Assembly: GCA_963715195.1 (NCBI GenBank)
Contig: CAVQRT010000007.1
Span: 224,001 to 288,000, forward strand
Source of the DNA: Thermodesulfovibrionales bacterium
GTDB taxonomy: Bacteria; Nitrospirota; Thermodesulfovibrionia; Thermodesulfovibrionales; SM23-35
Direction of reading: 5' to 3'
Length of the DNA stretch: 64,000 nucleotides
In this document: piece after piece, positions 43,282-52,151 of the stretch
How positions within the stretch are numbered: position 1 is the first letter of the stretch
How the letters are laid out: every line of letters starts with the position of its first letter
Position numbers and translations under genes: made by a program
The notes under the pieces: generated by a model
Database searches by the model: none
Told to the model about the DNA's origin: nothing
Seen by the model: the letters and a program-made list of their open reading frames with translations, nothing else

Positions 43282-43711
43282 CCAACCCCTCAATGGTTAT
43301 TTCCCTAACCGTGCCATTCATATCAATCAAAGAGACGGCAATAGCATCTTCCGGCAGCCATCCTTCAGCCTTTTCAGCCCATTCGATGACGGTAATCCCG
43401 TCAACGCCTGGTTGATCCCAGATACCGATTTCGGTCAGTTCTTCGGTCTTTTCAATCCGGTAGAGATCGATATGAGTAAAAGGCGGAGATGTCTCATATT
43501 GTGTAATTATGGTAAAGCTGGCACTGGTAATATCCCGTTCACGAATGCCGAAAGCGCGGGCAATTCCTTTTACCAGCACTGTTTTCCCTGTGCCTAATTC
43601 ACCGTACAGGCATACGAAATCCCCTGGTCTCAGACACCGTCCCAGGCGATACCCGATCTCCATGGTCTCTTCAGGACTATTTGTAATATATTGTTTCACA
43701 ATGAGAAACAT
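43241..43711 (-). CDS. tsaE: tRNA t6A biosynthesis ATPase
   Basis: GELGTGKT, HIDLYR and IEWAE motifs. Confidence 0.92.
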   Translation of the reverse strand: MFLIVKQYITNSPEETMEIGYRLGRCLRPGDFVCLYGELGTGKTVLVKGIARAFGIRERDITSASFTIITQYETSPPFTHIDLYRIEKTEELTEIGIWDQPGVDGITVIEWAEKAEGWLPEDAIAVSLIDMNGTVREITIEGLDEKDRDHIEDRPS

Positions 43712-44391
43712 TTTTCAAAGATTCCGATGAACCCCCCCTGTCTTCCGGCATGATTCCCATGATACCGGAAGGAATGAAAATCATGCGGATTACAGCGGGT
43801 GCATTCGGGTGATGTCCAGATGTTCTTCGGGGGAATTCCTTCAGAGAGCGCCTGAAGAATATTCGCCGAAGTGAGATCAAGATAAAATTTGTCGTTCATT
43901 GGTACCACATATTCTCCGGGCCCCGTTGCCGTGAAAACAGCATCTTTGACTTCGGCATCAACACAATAACATTCGCTTCTGATGCTCGGTCCGAACGCCA
44001 TGCAGATATCATGAGGATCCGAGCCGAATTTATCGACCATGAAGGAAAGGGTCTTCTTCATGATCTGAAGGGAAGTTCCCCTCCACCCCGCGTGAACAGC
44101 GCCGACGACAGATTGTGCCCTGTCATGGAGGATCACAGGGACACAATCGGCAACCTGCACACCGATCAGGATACCCCTGTTCCGCGTGACAACGGCATCT
44201 GCCGTCACCGGTGTGCGTTCATCATTGAGCAGCCAAACGATATCGGTATGTGCCTGCAGAGGCATGCAGATATCATCCTGACCGATCGAAAGGAGATTGC
44301 TGATTTTCTGACGGTCAGCACCGAGTGATTTGCGGGTAAAGAATGCCCTCACGCACTCATCAAAAATTTCCGGCAGTATGAGGGTATTCAC
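43696..44391 (-). CDS. pgeF: Peptidoglycan editing factor / purine nucleoside phosphorylase (YfiH family)
   Basis: VADCVPV, HAGWRG, GPSI and FHSFR motifs. Confidence 0.9.
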   Translation of the reverse strand: MNTLILPEIFDECVRAFFTRKSLGADRQKISNLLSIGQDDICMPLQAHTDIVWLLNDERTPVTADAVVTRNRGILIGVQVADCVPVILHDRAQSVVGAVHAGWRGTSLQIMKKTLSFMVDKFGSDPHDICMAFGPSIRSECYCVDAEVKDAVFTATGPGEYVVPMNDKFYLDLTSANILQALSEGIPPKNIWTSPECTRCNPHDFHSFRYHGNHAGRQGGFIGIFEKCFSL

Positions 44392-44402
44392 GGAATTCAG
44401 GG

Positions 44403-45956
44403 TTACCTCTGTGAGAGGAGAGCATGGAAAGCAGCGGGTAGTTCATCAATGAGGTCTGTAGCAATCAGAGAATGCTGTCCTTTCTTCGATGCAGCGAAAT
44501 CCCCCGCAAGACCATGCAGGTAAACCCCGAGAATGCAAGCGTGAAGCGGATTCCCGGTCTGTCCCAGCAAACCCGAAATCATGCCGGTGAGGACGTCTCC
44601 TGTGCCGGCAGCAGCCATTCCCGGATTCCCCGTGGAATTGACAAAGGCATTCCCCTCCGGAGAAGCAATCACCGTCGGAACACCCTTGAGCACAAGGAAC
44701 GTGTTGGTATCCTGGGCGAAGGAGATTGCCGTATCGATTCTGTTCTTTTCTATATCAGAAATATCCATATCCGAACCCTTCAGGAGGCTTTTCATCTCTC
44801 CAGGATGGGGGGTAAGAATAAGGGGAGCTTTTGCCTTCCTGAGCATTCTTATGTTTCCTGCGAGAGAACTTATCCCGTCGGCATCGATGACGACAGGGCA
44901 CGACGATTCTTTGATCATGTCCCGAAGGATCTTGACCGTATCGTCACTCACACCTATCCCGGGACCGACCGCCACAACAGAAGCCGTCTTGTGAATAAAA
45001 TCAAGAATGTTTTGAGATGCACCCGAGGAAAGAGAGCCGTTCCCTTTATCGGGAAGAATGAATGTCATCTCCTCAGTAAAGCATGACTGAAAAACACCTG
45101 CAAGAGACTCGGGCACACCTACAGTGACCAGACCGGCACCGCTTCGCAGGCAAGCCCTTGCAGCCATCCGTGCTGCCCCTGTCTTTCCGCGCGAACCGGC
45201 AACGATAAGGACATGACCGTACAGCCCCTTGTGTGAATAATTCTCCCGAAGAGGGATAAGGCTCGATGCATATGTTTTTTCAAGATATTCAACATTCAAA
45301 TGTTCTGATGTGATCAGGGTGCGGGGAAAGCCGATATCCTCGACAGAGAGCTCCCCCGAGAATGCAGCGCCGGGATGCAACAGATGCCCTCTTTTCGGAA
45401 GGCCAAAAGTGACTGTGTAATCAGCCTTCACTGCGTTTCCCAGAACCTGTCCATTGTCCGATGAAATTCCGGAAGGGATGTCGACAGAGAGAACAGGAAG
45501 CCCTGTTTTGTTGATCAGGCTGATTGCATCCGACAGGGTGCCGGTGACCGGCTTATTCAGGCCTGTACCAAGCATTGCATCAATGATTAACGTGTGTCGG
45601 CTAAAAATTGATACATGATGTAAAAAAAGCTCCCCAATCCTGTACATCGATACACCGAACTGTTCTGCTGCTTTATACTGAACCATTGCGTTACTGCTGA
45701 AATGCTCTGGTTCCGCCGTCAGGAAAACGCTCACGTCCCAACCATTATTATGGAGATGCCGTGCAGCAACAAGACCGTCGCCGCCGTTGTTTCCGCTCCC
45801 TGATATCACAATTATTTTTTTTCGGCCGAACAATTCGCTGACCCTCCGCGTAACAGCAAGCCCTGCCCTTTCCATGAGTACGGGACCGGACACGCAGAAT
45901 TCCTGGATGGTCTTCGTGTCGATATCCTTCATTTCCCGTGCCGTTACGACTTTCAT
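44403..45956 (-). CDS. nnr: Bifunctional NAD(P)HX epimerase/dehydratase
   Basis: GNNGGDG, DIPSG, LTPHPGE and AGTGDVLTG motifs. Confidence 0.93.
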   Translation of the reverse strand: MKVVTAREMKDIDTKTIQEFCVSGPVLMERAGLAVTRRVSELFGRKKIIVISGSGNNGGDGLVAARHLHNNGWDVSVFLTAEPEHFSSNAMVQYKAAEQFGVSMYRIGELFLHHVSIFSRHTLIIDAMLGTGLNKPVTGTLSDAISLINKTGLPVLSVDIPSGISSDNGQVLGNAVKADYTVTFGLPKRGHLLHPGAAFSGELSVEDIGFPRTLITSEHLNVEYLEKTYASSLIPLRENYSHKGLYGHVLIVAGSRGKTGAARMAARACLRSGAGLVTVGVPESLAGVFQSCFTEEMTFILPDKGNGSLSSGASQNILDFIHKTASVVAVGPGIGVSDDTVKILRDMIKESSCPVVIDADGISSLAGNIRMLRKAKAPLILTPHPGEMKSLLKGSDMDISDIEKNRIDTAISFAQDTNTFLVLKGVPTVIASPEGNAFVNSTGNPGMAAAGTGDVLTGMISGLLGQTGNPLHACILGVYLHGLAGDFAASKKGQHSLIATDLIDELPAAFHALLSQR

Positions 45957-46044
45957 AGAACAAATTATAGCACCAGTTTCATAAATCGTGCCTGTCCATA
46001 AGAGGGTTTACATTATTTATGATAGAATAAAGGTTCTCTTTACC

Positions 46045-47829
46045 ATGAAAAACATACGCAACTTTTCCATAATAGCCCATATTGATCACGGGAAGTCGAC
46101 CCTCGCCGACAGGCTCCTTGAATATACCGGTGCGCTCAGCGAGCGTGAAATGACTGCTCAGGTCCTGGATTCCATGGATCTCGAACGGGAACGGGGTATA
46201 ACCATTAAAGCCCATGCCGTGAGACTGAAATACACAGCTGAAAACGGAAAAACGTATATCCTCAATCTCATCGATACCCCCGGGCACGTTGATTTTTCCT
46301 ACGAGGTTTCACGTAGTCTTGCTTCATGTGAGGGCGCTCTTCTCGTGGTTGATGCTTCACAGGGCGTGGAGGCACAGACCCTTGCCAACGCATATCATGC
46401 ACTGGAACATAATCTTGAGATCGTCCCGGTCATCAATAAGATAGATCTCCCTTCTGCAGACCCCGAGGCGACAAAGAATCAAATAGAGGACACGATCGGC
46501 ATTGACTGTTCAGATGCGATCCTCACGAGCGCCAAAGAAGGCACGGGCACTCTTGAGATTCTCGAGGCCATCGTGAACAGGATCCCACCCCCGGGAGGAA
46601 ATGATGCGAAACCGCTGAAAGCCTTGCTCTTTGACTCATGGTTTGATAATTTTCAGGGAGTTATTGTCCTGGTGAGGGTTTTTGACGGAAAAATCGGCGC
46701 TGGAACCCGTATTCAGCTTATGTCATCCGGAAAGTGCTTCGAAGTCTCGCAGGTGGGTATTTTTTCCCCCAAGATGGAATCCGTGCATGAACTCTCATCT
46801 GGTGATGTTGGTTATGTCATTGCCGGGATAAAGCAGGTTACGGACACAAAAATCGGGGATACCATAACAAATGCAGACAATCCTGCACAGGAGCCATGCC
46901 CCGGATACAAAGATATCAAGCCTTTGGTCTTCTGTGGTCTGTATCCCACCCAGTCACACCAGTACGAAAATCTCAGGGATGCCCTGAACAAGCTGAGACT
47001 GAATGATTCATCCTTCATATATGAACCCGAAACGTCGCTCGCGCTTGGATTCGGTTTCAGATGCGGCTTTCTTGGTTTACTGCACATGGAGATCATAAAG
47101 GAGAGGCTTGAACGGGAATTCGACCTGTCACTCCTGAGCACGGCACCCACCGTCGTATACAGGGTAACACAAACGAATCAGGATATCTCGTACATCGAAA
47201 ATCCGGCATTGCTTCCTGAAAGGTATGAGAAGATAGAAGAGCCCTTTGTCCTGGTAACGATTTTTGTTCCGTCTGATTTTATCGGCCCTATTCTTGACCT
47301 CTGCCAGGAAAAGAGAGGCATTCAGAAAAGTTTCGCCTATATCGGAAAAGACAGGCTGAAGATCGAATATGAACTGCCTTTAAATGAAATCCTGTGGGAT
47401 TTCTATGACAGATTGAAGTCCCTCTCGAGGGGATATGCATCGATGGACTATGACTTCATCGGTTACCGGGAATCGCATCTCATCAAGCTGCATATTCTTC
47501 TGAATGGCGAAGTCGTCGACGCCCTTTCACTGATTGTCCATGCCGACAAAGCTTATTACAAAGGCCGCGAACTGACTGAAAAACTGAGAGAGCTCATACC
47601 GAGGCAGATGTTCGAGGTCGTCATACAGGCCGCAATGGGAAACAAGATCATTGCCAGGGAAAGCGTACGCGCACTCAGGAAAGATGTTATTGCCAAGTGC
47701 TACGGGGGTGATATAACCCGGAAGAGGAAGCTGCTGGAGAAGCAGAGGGAAGGGAAGAAAAGGATGAAGCAATTCGGAAAAGTTGAACTTCCGCAGGAGG
47801 CATTTCTGGCGGTGCTCAAAGTGAAATAA
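46045..47829 (+). CDS. lepA: Elongation factor 4
   Basis: [20 protein letters not shown] and [17 protein letters not shown] motifs; start at ATG 46045. Confidence 0.97.
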   Translation: MKNIRNFSIIAHIDHGKSTLADRLLEYTGALSEREMTAQVLDSMDLERERGITIKAHAVRLKYTAENGKTYILNLIDTPGHVDFSYEVSRSLASCEGALLVVDASQGVEAQTLANAYHALEHNLEIVPVINKIDLPSADPEATKNQIEDTIGIDCSDAILTSAKEGTGTLEILEAIVNRIPPPGGNDAKPLKALLFDSWFDNFQGVIVLVRVFDGKIGAGTRIQLMSSGKCFEVSQVGIFSPKMESVHELSSGDVGYVIAGIKQVTDTKIGDTITNADNPAQEPCPGYKDIKPLVFCGLYPTQSHQYENLRDALNKLRLNDSSFIYEPETSLALGFGFRCGFLGLLHMEIIKERLEREFDLSLLSTAPTVVYRVTQTNQDISYIENPALLPERYEKIEEPFVLVTIFVPSDFIGPILDLCQEKRGIQKSFAYIGKDRLKIEYELPLNEILWDFYDRLKSLSRGYASMDYDFIGYRESHLIKLHILLNGEVVDALSLIVHADKAYYKGRELTEKLRELIPRQMFEVVIQAAMGNKIIARESVRALRKDVIAKCYGGDITRKRKLLEKQREGKKRMKQFGKVELPQEAFLAVLKVK

Positions 47830-47837
47830 TACGTATA

Positions 47838-47925
47838 AGGGTTCGAGGATTCGAGTGAAAACTAAAAGGATTGCAGAGGACACCAATCAAACACATACCC
47901 TGGCATCCTTGAAACCCGGGATCTC
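47838..47925. repeat. Degenerate octamer inverted-array repeat overlapping the hemW 5' end
   Basis: AGGGTTCG AGGATTCG AGTG ... CCCTGGCATCCTTGAAACCC; same family as 54724-54817. Confidence 0.5.
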
Positions 47926-49102
47926 TGAAAAATCTTTACAACCTTCTTCGCTTTACATCCATATTCCTTTCTGTTTACGTAAATGTGCTTATTGTGACTT
48001 TTTTTCTGTTCCATATGATGAATCATTCGCATACGCCTACACCAATGCGCTCTGTAAGGAACTGTACCTCAAACGTGCGAGTGCGGACAGACTGAAGACG
48101 GTTTACCTTGGCGGCGGCACCCCTTCACTGCTCCCTGACAGCTGTTTCAACCGGATCTTCTCATGCCTGAAAAATAACTTCCACTTTACTCGAGATGCCG
48201 AAATTTCTGTTGAAGCAAATCCCGGCACCCTTACCCAATCAAAAGTCGATCTCCTTGTTTCGCTCGGGGTAAATAGAATGAGCTTGGGGATTCAATCGCT
48301 CAGTGATAGTGAACTCAAGATTCTTGGCAGGATTCATGCCGCTGATGATGCCATTCGTTCTTTGGACATGATGCGAATTTCAGGTCTCCGCAATGTTTCG
48401 ATCGATCTCATGTACGGAATTCCGGGACAGTCGTTGGATTCATGGCACGAGACAATTGTCCGATCAGTCGAATATCTGCCGAAGCACATCTCGGCATATG
48501 AATTGACTCTCGAAGAAGGAACGCGTTTGTACAATGAAATAAAAAATCCTCCCTCTTTTTTAAAAGGGGGAAAGGAAAGATTTTTAGATGAATTTAAAAT
48601 GCCCCATGAGGACATTATCCTCGACATGTATGACCAAACAATCGATCATCTTCAAAGATCCGGCTATACACAGTATGAGATATCAAATTTTGCACAATCA
48701 GGCTTTCGGTGCCTCCACAATCTGAATTACTGGGAGAGAGGCGAATATATCGGAGCAGGTGCAGGAGCTCATTCTTTCCTCCAGGGGAAACGTTCAGTGA
48801 ACGTAAAAGACATTCATGATTATATTGAACGACTGAACAGCAACCAGCAGCCTGAAAGGGAATCAACGATGATCCCGCCTGCAGAAATTCTGAAAGAGTT
48901 TCTTTTCCTCGGATTGCGGGTTACAGAGGGCATTTGCATTACCGACGCAAAAAATCTTGGACTGGATATCGTCAGCGCTGTGGGGGAACTGGTTCAGGCA
49001 GGCTACCTCGCGGTAGAAAACGATTCTGTCAGATTTACAAGAAAGGGAATCGTTCTGTCAAATTCCATATACATCAGAATATTCGAGAAATTGGGGCTCT
49101 AA
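47855..49102 (+). CDS. hemW: Radical SAM heme chaperone HemW (HemN-like)
   Basis: LYIHIPFCLRKCAYCDF, GGGTPS, YEISNF and HNLNYW motifs; follows lepA. Confidence 0.88.
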   Translation: MKTKRIAEDTNQTHTLASLKPGISEKSLQPSSLYIHIPFCLRKCAYCDFFSVPYDESFAYAYTNALCKELYLKRASADRLKTVYLGGGTPSLLPDSCFNRIFSCLKNNFHFTRDAEISVEANPGTLTQSKVDLLVSLGVNRMSLGIQSLSDSELKILGRIHAADDAIRSLDMMRISGLRNVSIDLMYGIPGQSLDSWHETIVRSVEYLPKHISAYELTLEEGTRLYNEIKNPPSFLKGGKERFLDEFKMPHEDIILDMYDQTIDHLQRSGYTQYEISNFAQSGFRCLHNLNYWERGEYIGAGAGAHSFLQGKRSVNVKDIHDYIERLNSNQQPERESTMIPPAEILKEFLFLGLRVTEGICITDAKNLGLDIVSAVGELVQAGYLAVENDSVRFTRKGIVLSNSIYIRIFEKLGL

Positions 49103-49181
49103 AAACTCATATTAATGGTGTCGCGTGTTCTGTTGACAAAGCATCGCCGTTCACATAATATCTCAGCTAAGGAGGTTAACC

Positions 49182-49586
49182 ATGAAAATTGTCGAGATAA
49201 TGACCAAGAAATTAGAAACCATAGAGGCTGATGCCCCGATTTATGATGCAATAGAAAAGATGATCGACAGGAGGATTCGATCTTTACTCATAAAGCCCAC
49301 TGATGAGAGGGATGTTTATGGTGTCATCACCGTGAGGGATATCGTCAATAAAGCACTTGCAAAGAATCTCGATCTGAACAAAACAAAGGTAAATGAGGTT
49401 ACATCAAAGCCCCTGGTTTGCGTTGATAAAGGCATGGATATCGACCATGCCATTACTCTCATGAATAAATTCAACATTTCCCGCGTTTTTGTGAATGACG
49501 GCAAGGAAATCATCGGTATTATTTCTTTGCTGGATGTCCTGTCTGCCGAGCTGATCAAGAGGGCACGAGAGGGTCATCGTGCTTGA
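49182..49586 (+). CDS. CBS-domain protein
   Basis: Tandem CBS motifs (GVITVRDIV, GIISLLDVL); GGAGG RBS; TTGACA-17-TAATAT upstream. Confidence 0.85.
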   Translation: MKIVEIMTKKLETIEADAPIYDAIEKMIDRRIRSLLIKPTDERDVYGVITVRDIVNKALAKNLDLNKTKVNEVTSKPLVCVDKGMDIDHAITLMNKFNISRVFVNDGKEIIGIISLLDVLSAELIKRAREGHRA

Positions 49587-50211
49587 GAAAATCTTCTTTG
49601 GCAGTAAAAAAGAACAGAACGTCATAGAAAAAATAAAGAAGCATATACTAATCCTCCATGATGCTGCGCACTGTTTTAAAAAAGCGATAGAAGAACAGGA
49701 TAAGGAGCAGCTGTACTGCGTTCCTGATCTCGAACGGGAGGCTGACAGCATAAGGAGAGAGATTATTTCCATGATCTATGAAGGTGCTTTCCTCCCGTAT
49801 CTCCGTTCCAATCTATGCAGGTTTGTTGAGATCGTAGAGAAAGCCTTTGATCTGCTTAAAGATGCCGCTTCTGAATTCGAAAATATGGGGCAGGAATTGG
49901 ATCAAGAGATAGAAGAAGAATGTATTAAGGTTGCTGATAGGAACATGAAAATGATCGATATGCTCCTGATTGCCTTTGAAACATTATTTGGCAAAGGCGA
50001 CTTGAGGGATAAAACCCTGGCTATAAGAATCTTTGAGAAACAGGTCGATGAAATAAAATTTGACCTGATAAAAAAACTGATCGGGAAAGAGGTCAGAAAC
50101 TTCTGGCATGGCAAGATGCTCTCTGACTTTGTAACGTCTCTCACGGAAATCAGCAACGTTATTGAGGACGCCAGTGATTATCTTATCATCATTAAGGTAA
50201 GCCTGAGATAA
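49579..50211 (+). CDS. DUF47 / PhoU-like phosphate transport regulator
   Basis: LEREADSIRREI, GAFLP and IEDASD motifs; next to a PiT gene. Confidence 0.85.
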   Translation: MLEKIFFGSKKEQNVIEKIKKHILILHDAAHCFKKAIEEQDKEQLYCVPDLEREADSIRREIISMIYEGAFLPYLRSNLCRFVEIVEKAFDLLKDAASEFENMGQELDQEIEEECIKVADRNMKMIDMLLIAFETLFGKGDLRDKTLAIRIFEKQVDEIKFDLIKKLIGKEVRNFWHGKMLSDFVTSLTEISNVIEDASDYLIIIKVSLR

Positions 50212-50243
50212 CAGCATATGAGTCTGCATGTTTCCTCCGCTCA

Positions 50244-51176
50244 ATGACAGACCTGATACCCCTTGCGGCCTGCATCCTTATAGCCTTCGGGATCGGTTCC
50301 AACGATACTTCAAATGCGCTCGGTATTTCTATCGGATGCGGCATCATACGGTTAAAGAAAGCTTTACTGCTCTTTGGATGCTTCGTCGCGCTCGGGATAC
50401 TGCTGCAAGGCCACAAGGTCATGGAGACAGTCGGAAAGAATCTGCTGGACGTCACTCCTCCGATCATGAGCATAGCATTATCAGTGTCAGCCGTATTGAT
50501 AATTCTCTCCAACTGGAAGAAACTGCCCCTTTCAACCCACCAGGTCATAATTGGGAGTTTAACCGGTGCGGGAGTCGCCTCCGGGGTTCCAGTATCTTTT
50601 CTCTCCCTCCTGCAGATCTTTCTCTCGTGGCTCATTTCTCCACTTGTTGCTTTTTTCTCTTCCCTGTTCCTGTACAGAGCCATGGAAAAGACCATTTCAA
50701 GGCTTTCATTCTTTGACATAGAGAAAATGTTACGGGTTCTTCTGCTCCTGAGCGGCATATTGATCTCCTACAATACAGGCGCGAATGAACTTGCAACCAT
50801 TGCAGGTCCGGCCATCCATTCCGGGTTGATCGCAAAAACTCCGGCATCCCTCATAGGTTCGCTCTTTGTATTTCTTGGTGCAGTTCTGCTCAGTAAACGG
50901 GTAATAGAGACCATAGGGAAAGGAATTACCACCCTGGATCCTTATTCAGGCTTTGCAGCGCAGTTCGGGGCAGGTATCTGCGTATTATTCTTTACGGCTC
51001 TCGGAATGCCTGTATCGACGACTTACTGCATTATCGGTGGAATAAGCGGTGTCGGGATGTCAAAGGGGATGAAAACAATCAGGCTTGATCTCATCAGGAA
51101 GATTATCACAAACTGGTTTCTGGCGCCGACATTCGCATTTCTGATCAGCTATATGCTTATGGAGATAATTTTCTGA
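50244..51176 (+). CDS. Inorganic phosphate transporter (PiT family)
   Basis: GSNDTSNA, PLSTHQ, GANE and GMPVSTT motifs. Confidence 0.88.
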   Translation: MTDLIPLAACILIAFGIGSNDTSNALGISIGCGIIRLKKALLLFGCFVALGILLQGHKVMETVGKNLLDVTPPIMSIALSVSAVLIILSNWKKLPLSTHQVIIGSLTGAGVASGVPVSFLSLLQIFLSWLISPLVAFFSSLFLYRAMEKTISRLSFFDIEKMLRVLLLLSGILISYNTGANELATIAGPAIHSGLIAKTPASLIGSLFVFLGAVLLSKRVIETIGKGITTLDPYSGFAAQFGAGICVLFFTALGMPVSTTYCIIGGISGVGMSKGMKTIRLDLIRKIITNWFLAPTFAFLISYMLMEIIF

Positions 51177-51192
51177 AATGCGTTTTTCCCAC

Positions 51193-51765
51193 CTACCCAT
51201 ATAACTTATCCATCACCCACGCCATATTCTCTCCAAGGTCCCTGAAGGTTCCGATACCTTCTTTATCCTTGAGCACATCTCCCGGATCGAGTCCTACACC
51301 GAGGTTCCAGTATGAAGAGCCGGGAACAATCATGTGATTGATACCAAAAAAGTAATTGATGCTCGAATAGACATGAACCGCACCGGCCCGTCTGACCGCA
51401 ACCACCGCCGCCCCTGCCTTTCTTTTCAGAAGGTAATCGTTTGCGATGGCAACAAGCCCTGCCCTGTCAATGAGCGCTTTTACTTCGGGAGTAACATTCG
51501 CGAAGTACGTGGGGGATCCGATGATGATGCCGTCCGCATCGATCATCCTCTCCATGAGGAGATTGAAGCCGTCCTTTTGTATACACTTACGATTTTTCTT
51601 CTCAAAACATTTAAAGCATGCCCTGCACGCTTTAATATCAGAACCGCCGAGCTGGATGAGATCTGTCTCTATACCTTCCTTCTGGAGAACTTCCAAGACT
51701 ATCTGTATGCAGTGATGGGTATTTCCCTTCTTACGCGGACTGCCGTTAAATGCAATAACCTTCAT
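51193..51765 (-). CDS. Iron-sulfur flavoprotein / flavodoxin-like protein
   Basis: NGSPRKKGNT, CRACFKC...C and GSPTYF motifs. Confidence 0.88.
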   Translation of the reverse strand: MKVIAFNGSPRKKGNTHHCIQIVLEVLQKEGIETDLIQLGGSDIKACRACFKCFEKKNRKCIQKDGFNLLMERMIDADGIIIGSPTYFANVTPEVKALIDRAGLVAIANDYLLKRKAGAAVVAVRRAGAVHVYSSINYFFGINHMIVPGSSYWNLGVGLDPGDVLKDKEGIGTFRDLGENMAWVMDKLYG

Positions 51766-51904
51766 GTTCTCCCTCCCAGGGTAATAGAATAATCAATTAT
51801 AATATCCTAACAGTTCATGAAGCACAATCTCGCAAGAACCTGATCGATAAAAAGTAGTAAAATACGTAAACTGTTATGCTGTTGTTCAGGGAGAAAGAAC
51901 TATC

Positions 51905-52000
51905 ATGAAAGATTGGGATTGGATCATCGGTTTGGCACTCCTCGTTGCATGGCTTGTTCTGATGCTTGTTGTGTTCCCGAAGCTGGGGGTGCCCACCTGA
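51905..52000 (+). CDS. Small single-TM membrane protein; extends to 52048 if the UGA is read as Sec
   Basis: MKDWDWIIGLALLVAWLVLMLVVFPKLGVPT-TGA; GGGAG RBS; below the ORF-track size cut-off. Confidence 0.7.
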   Translation: MKDWDWIIGLALLVAWLVLMLVVFPKLGVPT

Positions 52001-52079
52001 CGGACGATTCATCAGAAGGATTCGGGAAATCCTAAGAAGAAGTGCTGATCTTGTTCATAGGGCGAAGTGGCCTTACTCA

Positions 52080-52151
52080 GTCATGCTGAGCTTGTTTCAG
52101 CATCTCCTCCAAATACTGTTTTATAAGACCCCGAACCAAGTTCAGGGTGAC
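52080..52151. repeat. REP/RPE-like palindromic element (GTCA...TGAC, 72 nt) in frame with the peptide-binding gene
   Basis: GTCATGCTGAGCTTGTTTCAGCATCT ... AGACCCCGAACCAAGTTCAGGGTGAC. Confidence 0.72.
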
